A stretch of 64,000 bases of DNA from a virus. Position 1 is the first letter of the stretch; each line of letters starts with the position of its first letter. Of the stretch, positions 53,758 to 63,509 are shown piece after piece. The stretch lies in IMG/VR virus record IMGVR_UViG_3300038427_000078. One strand, given 5' to 3'. The translations under genes were made by a program, and so were the position numbers. Below the pieces are notes generated by a model, which worked only from the letters and a program-made list of their open reading frames with translations, ran no database searches and was not told where the DNA came from.

Positions 53758-54846
53758 ATGTCAATCCAGTACAACATACACAGCAGGGAGGACGGTACGT
53801 CTACGGTGGCTGTCTACTTCGGTGGCGAGCTTTTCGTGGCGGACAATACTCACACGAACTTCGAGGCGATTCGCGCCGGAGCGTTGGAGGGCGACGAGTC
53901 CATCGTTGACCTGTTCGACGTGACGACTCAGATCGCGGAGCGGTTCGCCAACATCACCGAGCGAGTCAGCGTGGCGAACGGTCGCGTGTACTTCGACGGT
54001 GACGAGATTCACAACGCACTCACTGAGCAGCTTCTTCGCTTCTTGGACGAGGGCGATGAGGTCGAGTGGATCGCACTTGCCAACTTCTACGAGAAGCTGG
54101 CGCAGAACCCGTGCGAGCACAGCCGCGAGCAGCTTTACGAGTGGCTGAGCAAGTTCGACTTCACCATCACTCTCGACGGCGACATTCTCGCCTACAAGGG
54201 TGTGAACGATGACCTGACCTCCTGCACGCGAGGCCAGGGCATTGTCAACGGCGAGGTTGTCGATCACGTCGCGAACGACGTGGGCAACGTTGTCGAAATG
54301 GCCCGCTCAACGGTGCAGCACGATCCGAGCGTGGGCTGTTCCAAAGGTCTGCACGTTGCAGCCTACCCGTACGCCTCAACGTTCGGCAGCGCAACCCTCG
54401 CGGTGTATGTCAATCCGCGTGACGTTGTATCTGTCCCGACAGAGTGCTCATGGGAAAAGGTGCGCGTGTGCCGCTATACCGTCGCAGACGTTATCGAGAA
54501 GGCGTACGACAGTCCTCTCGTTATCAGCCGCGACGATGAGGATGACGAGGACGAGGATAATCCCTGCGGGGAAGATCACTGCCCTTGTTTTGACAACGGT
54601 GAAGAGTGCTGCGACTGCGGCGAGTCACCCGACGAGGACGAGACAGAGGATGAGGACACCTTGACGATCACGGTCACGGTGCCTCAGAGTCCTCTCGACA
54701 CCGACGAGAACCTGCCGCTGGTGAAGGAACTGCTCAGCGACGAAGACTTGTCAGTGAAGCAGGTGGTGGTGGACATTCTCGCCTCCAACGGCATCCTCAC
54801 GACGAAGGATTCCCTCCGTCGATTCCGACAGAGGCACAGCCTCTAA
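53758..54846 (+). CDS. rIIB-like protein with appended HTH-like domain
   Basis: follows rIIA; NP...EQLY, DGDILAYKGV, CSKGLH, VNPRDVVSVP. Confidence 0.82.
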   Translation: MSIQYNIHSREDGTSTVAVYFGGELFVADNTHTNFEAIRAGALEGDESIVDLFDVTTQIAERFANITERVSVANGRVYFDGDEIHNALTEQLLRFLDEGDEVEWIALANFYEKLAQNPCEHSREQLYEWLSKFDFTITLDGDILAYKGVNDDLTSCTRGQGIVNGEVVDHVANDVGNVVEMARSTVQHDPSVGCSKGLHVAAYPYASTFGSATLAVYVNPRDVVSVPTECSWEKVRVCRYTVADVIEKAYDSPLVISRDDEDDEDEDNPCGEDHCPCFDNGEECCDCGESPDEDETEDEDTLTITVTVPQSPLDTDENLPLVKELLSDEDLSVKQVVVDILASNGILTTKDSLRRFRQRHSL

Positions 54847-54855
54847 ACTGAGAGA

Positions 54856-54887
54856 AGCCCCTACCCGTGTAGCTCACGGATAGGGGC
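54856..54887 (+). terminator. hairpin, probable terminator
   Basis: gcccctacccgtg/cacggataggggc. Confidence 0.55.
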
Positions 54888-54906
54888 AACTCCGGTTAGG
54901 TAATAT

Positions 54907-55155
54907 GTGAATCCAATGGGACAGATCATCAACAAGTTTCCAGCTAAGAAACCAGGCCGTCCGGTCACTTATCCGTGGGATGAATGGTGTGACGGCCAGG
55001 TGCGCAGGCTGTTTCGGGGCGAGGACTTTCACGCTCATCCCAAGAGCTTCCGCGTCACTATTCACCGCACAGCTAAGGGACGTGGCCTCAAGGCCCACAC
55101 TCATATCGAGAGCGACGACGCGATTGTCGTCTACTTTTACGGTCCTGACGAGTAG
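54907..55155 (+). CDS. small putative DNA-binding protein
   Basis: GRPVTYPWDEWCDG...L..GEDF motif. Confidence 0.6.
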   Translation: MNPMGQIINKFPAKKPGRPVTYPWDEWCDGQVRRLFRGEDFHAHPKSFRVTIHRTAKGRGLKAHTHIESDDAIVVYFYGPDE

Positions 55156-55202
55156 AACAAACGTCCAGATGCCTTGACATAGGCTATCGACTCCGCTATA
55201 CT
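55153..55202 (+). promoter_or_regulatory. operator box plus SigA promoter (copy 3)
   Basis: TAGAACAAACGTCCA-N6-TTGACA-N17-TATACT. Confidence 0.85.
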
Positions 55203-55208
55203 CACTGC

Positions 55209-55703
55209 ATGAGCAACTACGACACATGGCTTAGCACCAACCCTGCTGATCGCGCCTTCCCTACCGGCGTGGAGGACACTCTCGGCACCATCATTATGTG
55301 GCCCGAGGGCATAGACGAGGACACGCTGATTCCCGAGTTTGGCGAAGTCACGGACTACGAAGCAATCGAGCCAGAGGCCGAAGGCGATGGCGAAGGTGGA
55401 GTGAGCTACAGCGGTGGCGGCGTCAACTACTTGGTCGTGAACCTGAACAGCAGCCCGAGGCGTCAAATGTGGATTCGCGATGACGAGGTTGCCGAGCATG
55501 CGGTTCCCGCCGAGCTTGATCCGATCATCGAGAAGATGGACGAAGCGCGCCGTGCAAAGCGAGAGGCAGAGTACGCCTTCAATCGCTACGACAACGCACG
55601 ACGGCAGGTAGGCTTCAACGCCGAGGCACGCCGTACCGAGGCCGCACGCAAGCCTCTAAGCGAGCAGGAGCAGCTTGAGCGCTACGGGAGGCTGATCGAC
55701 TGA
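55209..55703 (+). CDS. hypothetical protein
   Basis: leaderless ORF. Confidence 0.65.
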   Translation: MSNYDTWLSTNPADRAFPTGVEDTLGTIIMWPEGIDEDTLIPEFGEVTDYEAIEPEAEGDGEGGVSYSGGGVNYLVVNLNSSPRRQMWIRDDEVAEHAVPAELDPIIEKMDEARRAKREAEYAFNRYDNARRQVGFNAEARRTEAARKPLSEQEQLERYGRLID

Positions 55704-55888
55704 TGGACGACCTGAGCATACTTGATAGTATTGGTGGCACCATAGTCATCGAAAGGCGAGAGCCGTATCCTCAGAGTACATTGGCGTGGTCTGTGACCAT
55801 CGAGGCCGAGCCGACAGGATTCGGTACGGGTCGCACATTGGCCGAGGCAATCGAGGATGCGATCTATGACCTGGGTGATGCACGATGA
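55703..55888 (+). CDS. small HicB-like-fold protein
   Basis: G.G.TL.EAIEDA. Confidence 0.45.
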   Translation: MDDLSILDSIGGTIVIERREPYPQSTLAWSVTIEAEPTGFGTGRTLAEAIEDAIYDLGDAR

Positions 55889-56379
55889 AGCATATCGAAG
55901 CAATCGACCTTGCATGGGCCGCTGGCTTCATAGACGGCGAGGGTCATGTCGGTGTTCGCGCTACTCGCGATTGTCGTGGACCCGAGGGAGTCCGTCGTCA
56001 GCGTCTTGCTCCACGATTGATTGTAGGTCAATGTGATCGTCAACCCTTGGACTTTCTTCGCGGTTTGTTTGGCGGTTATGTACGTTTACGTTCGCAACGT
56101 ACATCTACTGCCCGCGAGAACTGGACATGGGAACTTGGTAGCGCGGAGACTGTAGCCGCAGCGCTATGTAGATTGATGCCTTATCTGCGTGTCAAGCATG
56201 ACGAGGCTGAGATACTGTTAGGGATTTGTCAGTACATGAAGGCGTGGCCTCGCGGCACACGCATGACGGAGCAAGAGATTGAGGCGCGTAATGTATTGGC
56301 CCAACGCTTGCACGACGTGAAGCAAGGTACTCGCGCCCCTGCCCGCCAGATTGATCCGTTGCTATGGGGCGAGCTATGA
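55885..56379 (+). CDS. LAGLIDADG homing endonuclease
   Basis: WAAGFIDGEGHV; LMPYLRVK. Confidence 0.9.
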   Translation: MKHIEAIDLAWAAGFIDGEGHVGVRATRDCRGPEGVRRQRLAPRLIVGQCDRQPLDFLRGLFGGYVRLRSQRTSTARENWTWELGSAETVAAALCRLMPYLRVKHDEAEILLGICQYMKAWPRGTRMTEQEIEARNVLAQRLHDVKQGTRAPARQIDPLLWGEL

Positions 56380-57545
56380 TCGCGCCACAGTTGGCAAAGG
56401 CCAGTGCAACTATTCCCACAGGACCGGGATGGGTATGTGAGGCTAAGTATGATGGTTGGAGAGTCATCGCGGAAGTGCTCGCTGACGAGGTAATCCTTCG
56501 CACGCGCACGGGCAACCGGATTACGCAGGTGCCCTATATCAACAATGCACTGAAAGCTCTCCCTCCCGGCACGATCATCGACGGCGAGATTGTGGACCTA
56601 ACCAACGGCACCGAGAGCACTTTTAACCGCGTGGTGTCAGTGCTCAAGCGCAACGACCCGCAGCGCGTATGCTTGGAGAACCTGCCTCTCACCTACGTCG
56701 CGTTCGACATCATCGAAGCAGATGGTCAGACTATCGCCAACGAGCCGCTGAGCACCAGGCGCGAGGTATTGGAGACTGCCTTCAATCACCCGTCCCTCGC
56801 GGACCAACGGCTGTGTGAGGTCAAACTGCTCGCCATCGCTGACCAGTTTCCGAGCAGTGAGGCCGCATTCGACGCCTGCATCGCAGCGGGTTTCGAGGGT
56901 GTCGTGGTCAAGCAGCTTTCACACTCTTACTCATTCGGCGCACGCAACTGGATCAAGATCAAGCCCGACGCGGAAGTCGAGGCTATCTGCACAGGCGTCT
57001 ATGACGCCGAGGCAGGGTCCAAGTATGATGGCCGTTGCGTGGGTGGCATTACTTTCACACTAACGCATGAGGATGGCACGACCTTCGAGGGACAGTGCGC
57101 AGGCAAGATGAATGACACACTGCGAAGTGAACTGTACGCCAACCCGGACAGGTTCAAGGGTCTAGTGGTCGAGATAGGCCATTGGGGTGTGACAGATAAC
57201 GGTTCACTCCGTCACCCGAGCTTCCGGCGCTTCCGCGAGGACAAGAGCGCAGCAGAAGTGAATCCCGTGTCTGCGCCTGCTCATATCGACTTGACTCAAG
57301 TACACAACACAGGCGAGCGTGAGCGTATCCCTTCAAGCGCTGTCGTGGGAGAGTCCAAGCCCAAGAAAAAGGGCAAGCGAAACTACAGACAGATGAAGGA
57401 TGACAAGCTCCTGCGCACCGCAGAAGAACTAGAGCGGGCGCTGTCACTCACACCCGGTGAGAGCAACGAGGCTATCTCCAAGAGCACAGACCCCGAGGCA
57501 GACCTTATCACCGTGCGCGAGTTGATTGCGGAGCGTGGACTATGA
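56376..57545 (+). CDS. ATP-dependent DNA ligase
   Basis: EAKYDGWR, IIDGEIV, AFDII, EGVVVK, WIKIK, LRHPSF. Confidence 0.92.
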   Translation: MIAPQLAKASATIPTGPGWVCEAKYDGWRVIAEVLADEVILRTRTGNRITQVPYINNALKALPPGTIIDGEIVDLTNGTESTFNRVVSVLKRNDPQRVCLENLPLTYVAFDIIEADGQTIANEPLSTRREVLETAFNHPSLADQRLCEVKLLAIADQFPSSEAAFDACIAAGFEGVVVKQLSHSYSFGARNWIKIKPDAEVEAICTGVYDAEAGSKYDGRCVGGITFTLTHEDGTTFEGQCAGKMNDTLRSELYANPDRFKGLVVEIGHWGVTDNGSLRHPSFRRFREDKSAAEVNPVSAPAHIDLTQVHNTGERERIPSSAVVGESKPKKKGKRNYRQMKDDKLLRTAEELERALSLTPGESNEAISKSTDPEADLITVRELIAERGL

Positions 57546-57853
57546 GACACGATCCTCGCTGCGCATACTTCAACGAGCCGCCGACGCTGCGCGATGAGAA
57601 TGACTGCAACTGCCGAACGTGGGGAGGCAAGTCATCGACTCAGGAGAGCCTGTACGAGCGTATCCGCGTGCTTGAGAATGCACTCCGCGAGGTTGGAGGC
57701 ACGGCTACAGACGCGCTCTACAAGACTCCCCGCTCGATTCGCGATGACACTGTGATCTTCGAGCGCATCCGCGAGGACTCACTGCAAGCCCTCGCGCCAG
57801 GACTCACACAGCGCTCATTCCAGCGCTCTAGTACAAACGTCCAACGCTCTTGA
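57542..57853 (+). CDS. hypothetical protein
   Basis: ATGA coupling. Confidence 0.55.
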   Translation: MRHDPRCAYFNEPPTLRDENDCNCRTWGGKSSTQESLYERIRVLENALREVGGTATDALYKTPRSIRDDTVIFERIREDSLQALAPGLTQRSFQRSSTNVQRS

Positions 57854-57878
57854 CAAACGCTATTCGATACTGTAGACT
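57833..57878 (+). promoter_or_regulatory. operator box plus SigA promoter (copy 4)
   Basis: ACAAACGTCCA-N6-TTGACA-N17-TAGACT. Confidence 0.85.
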
Positions 57879-58062
57879 ACCCGACTATGAAGATCATACT
57901 TGACATCCACCCCAATGCCGCAGGCCAGTTGGAAGGCTTGGAGTCCGCCGACATGGTGGACCTCAACGTCCCCGCTGGTGTTGTAACTGCGACTGTCGAT
58001 GGCTTCAAGCGCGACGGACGCACTAGCAGCAGGCTTGTGGACACAGCGGCGGAGGCCGTCTG

Positions 58063-58380
58063 ATGTTCGAGCCGAAGGACGCCAACGCAGCCATCATCGG
58101 CGTGAGCAACATCGCACGCGACGAAGAACCCGAGGCGGCTCCCGCTGTGACAGCCAAGCCTGCCGAGGGACATCACCGCTACGACGTGGCGCTGCTCATA
58201 TCCATCGACGCCCCGACCTACGACGACGCTCTGCGCTACGCCGACATGGTAGCCGAAGGCATCGGCCAGGAGGGGGAGAACGTGAGCGCCGTGCAGGACT
58301 ACGACTACGACAACGACGGACAGCGCGTGCTCTACCTGCACCCGATTGCAAGCGACGGTTCACCCGTTGACCCGGAATGA
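58063..58380 (+). CDS. hypothetical protein
   Basis: RBS ggagg. Confidence 0.6.
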   Translation: MFEPKDANAAIIGVSNIARDEEPEAAPAVTAKPAEGHHRYDVALLISIDAPTYDDALRYADMVAEGIGQEGENVSAVQDYDYDNDGQRVLYLHPIASDGSPVDPE

Positions 58381-58401
58381 GAAGTGTGCTAGGCTCACCC
58401 T

Positions 58402-58902
58402 ATGCCAAACAAGCTGACCATTCTCGCCGGTATCCCCGGCAGCGGCAAGTCAACATGGGCGCGTAGGTTCTTCCCTCGCGACTCCATTGTGAGCACGGAT
58501 GCGATCCGGGCTGAACTGTACGACGGGCCGTATGACCCGAGTTACAACGCGCTGGTGTTCCGTCTGTTCCACAAACGGATCGCGACGAAGCTGGCAAGCG
58601 GCGAGGATGCCGTAGCCGACTCCACGGCTCTGCTCCGCGTAGCGCGTGCTCGACTGTGTGAGTGCGCCGAGCTTCGAGGCAGCTTCACCAAGTGGGAGAT
58701 TCCGGTTCATGTCGTGATGTTCACGTCCACGGTCCAGGGCTACGAGAACAACCCCGCTCGCGACGAGCGGTGGGTGGTCCCCGAGGACGCCATGACGAAG
58801 ATGATCGCGGACCACAAGGACGCCATGCACGACATCAAAGACGAGCTAGAGCGTGGTCACTACCAGTCGATCACGTACATCGAGGGAGTCGAGCAGCTAT
58901 GA
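58402..58902 (+). CDS. polynucleotide kinase-like P-loop protein (AAA_33)
   Basis: GIPGSGKST, STDAIR, ADST, R..VPE. Confidence 0.85.
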   Translation: MPNKLTILAGIPGSGKSTWARRFFPRDSIVSTDAIRAELYDGPYDPSYNALVFRLFHKRIATKLASGEDAVADSTALLRVARARLCECAELRGSFTKWEIPVHVVMFTSTVQGYENNPARDERWVVPEDAMTKMIADHKDAMHDIKDELERGHYQSITYIEGVEQL

Positions 58903-59073
58903 CTCCCGAGCAGGAGGCAAAGCTCGACAGGCTGATCGACCTTCTAGAGCAACTGGTCAGGCTGGCAAAGAGCGTGACCGATGGCAACGGCAACGTGAAT
59001 ATCCGTTGAGACTGGTCGTCTACTTCTGCGCTCTGTGCGGATGGACGCCGGGACAGCCCTGTGCCTGCCTGAA

Positions 59074-59123
59074 TAGAACAAACGTCCAACCCACTTGACA
59101 ACGACATCGAGACAGGATAAGCT
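59074..59123 (+). promoter_or_regulatory. operator box plus SigA promoter (copy 5)
   Basis: TAGAACAAACGTCCA-N6-TTGACA-N17-TAAGCT. Confidence 0.85.
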
Positions 59124-59130
59124 ACCCGCC

Positions 59131-59514
59131 ATGAACACTCAACTTGACCCACGCATCGACATGAAGCTCGCAGCCTGCGCCGTCAATGGCGGCAACCTTG
59201 AGGCGACGGCAGTCACCGAGGACACCGCGATCTTCACCTTTGCATCCGCTCCCGAGCGCACCTTCCGCGTAGCGCTGGACGAGTACGGCGAGGCCGTGCT
59301 CTCCGAGCTTGTCGCGAAGGACACGCAGCCCGGATACGAGCAGGCGCTCAAGATCGTGGACGACTTCACCGAAGGGCTGTCGGGCACCGTGGGCTTCACC
59401 CGTTCGGGCAGCCCGTGCGATGACCTCGCGAACGCGGATTACATCGCATGCCCGGAGTACACGCGCGGACAGCTTGAGCTTCTGTGCGACATGTTCCCCG
59501 GTGAGAACCGCTAG
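59131..59514 (+). CDS. hypothetical protein
   Basis: leaderless ORF. Confidence 0.6.
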   Translation: MNTQLDPRIDMKLAACAVNGGNLEATAVTEDTAIFTFASAPERTFRVALDEYGEAVLSELVAKDTQPGYEQALKIVDDFTEGLSGTVGFTRSGSPCDDLANADYIACPEYTRGQLELLCDMFPGENR

Positions 59515-59675
59515 TGCCATCGAGTCCTCCATCGTTGTAAACTGGCAGTCACCGAGAGGACCACTCCCGCCAGAGTGAATCACACAGCAGCCCGACATGG
59601 CGGTGTCGGGTTGCCTCCTTGCAAGATTCGTTGCAGCTATTGCAATACGCTATCCCCTGTGCTATCCTTACGGAT

Positions 59676-60551
59676 ATGAGGCACAACGCAGAATGGTTCG
59701 TGAAGCGGGACGCGGCTTGTGGCCTCGCCCGGTGGAACGGCAAGGTCAACCCCACCGCACTCGCGAAGCTCTGCGCTGAAATGGGAGTGAAGCTCCCGGT
59801 GAAGGTGAAAGGCAGCGCAGGCATCACCCGCATGGGTACGCACCGCTTGCGAGTCAACGAGCAGGCCACCCTCCGGGCCTTCCGCGAAGGCGCTGACAAG
59901 TCGGTGCAGGAGCATCGCATCACGGTCAGCAGCTACGCTTGCGTCTACCAGGCGAACAGCACTCTGAGGCATGAGCTTATGCACGCCGTGCAAGTCGAGC
60001 GTGCGATGGACGAAGGCAGGACGCCGAAGGACGAGAGCAAAGAGTACACGCGCCTCAACCGGGCTTACGGCTACAAACGCAACCCGCGTGAGGTCGAGGC
60101 CCGCGAAGCGTCCACGAAGTACACCACAGACGCCATCACACAGACGCCGGTGCTCACTGAGCGCCAGCACGATTCAGCGCGTGCTCACTTTCCCGCCGCG
60201 TGGTTCGGCAACCTGCGCTCGCACATGCGCCGCGAAGCTGAGCAGAGTGTCATTCCGCCGATCCGTGAGCACTACCAGGCGCTACTCGCAGCCGAGCACG
60301 TTGACCTCGGCGGATTGTTTGACGACGAGGGCGTCGAGATTGGTCAGATCACTGACATAACTATTGACATGACGAACATCGTGGAGTCTCGCAGCGAGCC
60401 GGTGAACACACCCACCGAGCGCGAGGCCGTTGAAGCGAAGCTCCGAGCATGGCGCGACGAGCGAGGCATGTCACAGCCCACAAGCGGGGAGTGGAACGCG
60501 ATGGTGGAGCGCCAGCTTGCAAAGACTCGTACAAATGTCCAGTCTGCTTGA
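59676..60551 (+). CDS. HExxH metallopeptidase-like protein
   Basis: TLRHELMHAVQ...NPREVEAR. Confidence 0.65.
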   Translation: MRHNAEWFVKRDAACGLARWNGKVNPTALAKLCAEMGVKLPVKVKGSAGITRMGTHRLRVNEQATLRAFREGADKSVQEHRITVSSYACVYQANSTLRHELMHAVQVERAMDEGRTPKDESKEYTRLNRAYGYKRNPREVEAREASTKYTTDAITQTPVLTERQHDSARAHFPAAWFGNLRSHMRREAEQSVIPPIREHYQALLAAEHVDLGGLFDDEGVEIGQITDITIDMTNIVESRSEPVNTPTEREAVEAKLRAWRDERGMSQPTSGEWNAMVERQLAKTRTNVQSA

Positions 60552-60576
60552 CTTACGCTATCCTATTTGATACCCT
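60531..60576 (+). promoter_or_regulatory. operator box plus SigA promoter (copy 6)
   Basis: ACAAATGTCCA-N6-TTGACT-N17-TACCCT. Confidence 0.8.
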
Positions 60577-60582
60577 CCCCTT

Positions 60583-60948
60583 ATGGCAAAGACAGTCACC
60601 CACATCTTCGTAGTCAGCGGCACGGGCGAGTTTCCCATCGACATGCTGCGCTACGACCGGGCAACTCCCTCAAGCTCTGCGGACAGCGCTGTGATCCAGC
60701 GCTCTTTCCGTGGACGCGACTACCGCGCTGTCAGACTGACGAGCGAGAAAGCGCCGACCGTGGGCCGGTGGGAGAGCTACGGCTGGAAGGTGTTCAGGCA
60801 CGATGACCATCTGCGCATTGTCGCCGTCCCCGGCACGCACGACTGGAACCTGATCGGCACCCTGTTCGGTCGCGAAGCAGTGATCGACACGGGCACGCTG
60901 TACAGCATGATCGACGCCCGGTGCAAGCTGGAAAGGGCGGAGGCATGA
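60583..60948 (+). CDS. hypothetical protein
   Basis: G.G.FPIDMLRYD...PT..RW.S.GW motif. Confidence 0.65.
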   Translation: MAKTVTHIFVVSGTGEFPIDMLRYDRATPSSSADSAVIQRSFRGRDYRAVRLTSEKAPTVGRWESYGWKVFRHDDHLRIVAVPGTHDWNLIGTLFGREAVIDTGTLYSMIDARCKLERAEA

Positions 60949-61175
60949 GGACCGCTGTCTCCGCCGCCTACTTCAAGCCGGTGGGCAGCCGTGCCATCGG
61001 CAGCCGCACGGTCCACCTGATGCGCAGCGTGACGTTCACGGACAAGCGCAACACCACGCACGGACCGGCCTACTGTGGCGTGGACGTGCAGGGCATGGCG
61101 TTCGGCTTCCTGAGCAACGCCGACCTGGACGCTCGACTGTGCAAGCGCTGCAAGCGGGGCGAGCGTGGACACTGA
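60945..61175 (+). CDS. small Zn-binding protein
   Basis: H...YCG...LCKRC; RBS ggagg. Confidence 0.55.
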   Translation: MRTAVSAAYFKPVGSRAIGSRTVHLMRSVTFTDKRNTTHGPAYCGVDVQGMAFGFLSNADLDARLCKRCKRGERGH

Positions 61176-61485
61176 CATCATCCCCATCCCGCAGATGAAC
61201 CCGGCGACCGGGAAGATGGAAAAGGGCTTCAAGGTCAAAGGCGGCAAGGACGGCATGGATGGATCGCTTCTGTGTTTCATCGTCGCTGTCTGTGTCATCT
61301 TCGCCGTGGGCTTCGCGATCTACTGGACCGTGCGCAAGGTGCGAGCACTCTACAGGCGCAGGCAGGCCAAGCGCCTCGCAGCCCGTGAAGCGTACGAGCG
61401 CACGCTCCCCTACCACGTCAAGCAGATCAAGAGCGCTGTCGAGCGGTGGGAGAAGAACGGTAGAACAAACGTCCAGATCGTTTGA
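61165..61485 (+). CDS. single-pass membrane protein
   Basis: hydrophobic helix followed by a basic tail. Confidence 0.55.
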   Translation: MDTDIIPIPQMNPATGKMEKGFKVKGGKDGMDGSLLCFIVAVCVIFAVGFAIYWTVRKVRALYRRRQAKRLAAREAYERTLPYHVKQIKSAVERWEKNGRTNVQIV

Positions 61486-61510
61486 CACCGACCACGGCAA
61501 CTGATACGCT
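61461..61510 (+). promoter_or_regulatory. operator box plus SigA promoter (copy 7)
   Basis: TAGAACAAACGTCCA-N6-TTGACA-N17-TACGCT. Confidence 0.85.
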
Positions 61511-61542
61511 TTACTCACAACGCAACAGAGAAAGGCAAGCAC

Positions 61543-61716
61543 ATGACACTCACGCGCCAACACTTCAACCTCATTGCCTCCACCATCCGCGACTGCGACA
61601 TCTACCCCGAGCACCGCAGGCTGATGGCCGAAGACATGGCTCGCGCACTGAACGCCACAAACTCCAACTTCGACCGCGACCGCTTCCTGGCCGCGTGCGA
61701 TCCGAGCCAGAGTTAG
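61543..61716 (+). CDS. small phage protein (TRQHF...NSNFDRDRFLAAC type)
   Basis: RBS gaaagg; 57 aa; not in the supplied ORF track. Confidence 0.7.
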   Translation: MTLTRQHFNLIASTIRDCDIYPEHRRLMAEDMARALNATNSNFDRDRFLAACDPSQS

Positions 61717-61949
61717 CGTCGGAGCGGGCATCGACCCCGCAACTGGCTCAAACCTACTCAACCCACATCGAAAGGACACAAACACCAACAACATCAATCT
61801 TCCGTGGGCGCTCCGTTTCCGGGAATACCGGCTGGCTAGCGGAGCGCCCACAGAAGCGCAATTTTCCTTGCAGGCGCTTGACATTAGCGCCCGCATGTGG
61901 GATACTTTTCCTGTCAGTCAAGACCCTCGACAAGATAGGAGCAACGACC

Positions 61950-63431
61950 ATGACAAACTTCACCCCCACCCACGAGCAGCAGGAATGCCTCACCGCTTTC
62001 GCCACGGGCGAGGCGATGACCATCGAGGCAGGCGCAGGCACCGGCAAGACATCGACCCTGCGACTCCTGAGCGAAAGCACCGACCGCACTGGACTCTTCA
62101 TCGCTTTCAACAAGAGCGTGCAGCTTGACGCCGAGGCGAGCTTCCCGAGCAACGTCGAGTGCCGCACCGCTCACTCTCTGGCCTACAAAGGTATGCATCG
62201 GCTCGGCGAGAAGGCGTTGATGCGACGGCTCAGCGGCCCTCGCGTGACCAGCCGCAAGACCGCCGAAGCTCTCGGCATCCCCGAGCAGGTGCAGATAGGC
62301 GACAGCAGCGGCGACGAAGTATTCGCTCTCCGCGACTTCGAGATTGCAAGCGCCGTGATGGGCACCGTGCGCCGCTACTGCTACAGCGCCGACGAGGACA
62401 TCAATGAGAACCATGTCCCCACGCTCAAGGGCCGTGAGAACGCTCACGACCACGTTGTGCGGATCGTGCTCCCATACGCTCGCGCCGCATGGACCGACCT
62501 GAATAGCTTCACCGGCAAACTCAAGTTCAACCACGATCACTACGTGAAGATATGGGCGCTGTCTCATCCCAAGCTCACCGGGTTCGACTTCATCATGCTG
62601 GACGAGGCGCAGGACACAAACCCTGTCGTCGCCGCCGTGTTCAACGCACAGACCAACGTGCAGAAGATTGTCGTCGGGGACCGCTGCCAAGCCATCTATG
62701 AGTGGCGCGGAGCACGGGACGCGATTAGCGGCTTCAAGGCACCGCATCACTTGAAGCTCTCTCAGAGCTTCCGGTTCGGCCCGAGCATCGCGACCGAGGC
62801 GAACAAGTTCCTGGGCCTGCTTCGCTCACCGCTCACGCTCAGCGGCACCGACAGCATCGACAGCGCCGTCGAGACAGTGAGTGATCCCTCCTGCATCATC
62901 GCCCGCACGAACGCGACCGTAGTGCAGACCGCAATGGAGTACCAGGCCGAAGGCCGCAAGGTCGCTATCGTCGGCGGGACGCGCGAGATTGAGGCATTCG
63001 CCAAGGCCGCACGCGAACTACAGGAAGGCCGCAAGGACACTTATCACGCGGACCTCGCGGCGTTCGGTTGTTGGGGACAGCTTCAAGCCTACGTCGCCAC
63101 AGACGAGGGCGCAGACCTGCGAGTGATGGTCAAGCTGATCGACAACTACGGCGTGGACACCGTGCTCGAAGTCTGTCACAACAGCGTGGACGAGAGCACC
63201 GCCGACCTGATCGTCACGACCGCACACAAGGCGAAGGGCCGCGAGTGGAGCAGCGTGCGGATCGCGAACGACTTCCGCCCCGCAGAAGAGCAGACCGACC
63301 TCCCGAGCGTGAGCGAGCTTCGACTGTTCTACGTCGCGGTCACGCGAGCGATCAACCGCCTGGACGCCGACGCCTTCTCATGGATCGCGGACATCGCCGC
63401 CGAAAGTGCCACGCAGGAGGTCGCCGCCTGA
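61950..63431 (+). CDS. UvrD/Rep-like SF1 helicase
   Basis: AGAGTGKT, LDEAQD, VGDRCQAIY, SFRF, TAHKAKGREW, YVAVTRA. Confidence 0.92.
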   Translation: MTNFTPTHEQQECLTAFATGEAMTIEAGAGTGKTSTLRLLSESTDRTGLFIAFNKSVQLDAEASFPSNVECRTAHSLAYKGMHRLGEKALMRRLSGPRVTSRKTAEALGIPEQVQIGDSSGDEVFALRDFEIASAVMGTVRRYCYSADEDINENHVPTLKGRENAHDHVVRIVLPYARAAWTDLNSFTGKLKFNHDHYVKIWALSHPKLTGFDFIMLDEAQDTNPVVAAVFNAQTNVQKIVVGDRCQAIYEWRGARDAISGFKAPHHLKLSQSFRFGPSIATEANKFLGLLRSPLTLSGTDSIDSAVETVSDPSCIIARTNATVVQTAMEYQAEGRKVAIVGGTREIEAFAKAARELQEGRKDTYHADLAAFGCWGQLQAYVATDEGADLRVMVKLIDNYGVDTVLEVCHNSVDESTADLIVTTAHKAKGREWSSVRIANDFRPAEEQTDLPSVSELRLFYVAVTRAINRLDADAFSWIADIAAESATQEVAA

Positions 63432-63509
63432 AAGTGACGCCGAGCCGCCTCGCACCTAGTTACACGCGAGGCGGCAAGGTGACGAAGGTGACAGACCGGA
63501 AACGACACC

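Noticed and set aside
61482-61949. Long N-terminal extension of the helicase ORF
   Set aside because: Contains a promoter, a separate 57-aa gene in another frame and a hairpin; the real start is the ATG at 61950 with RBS agga
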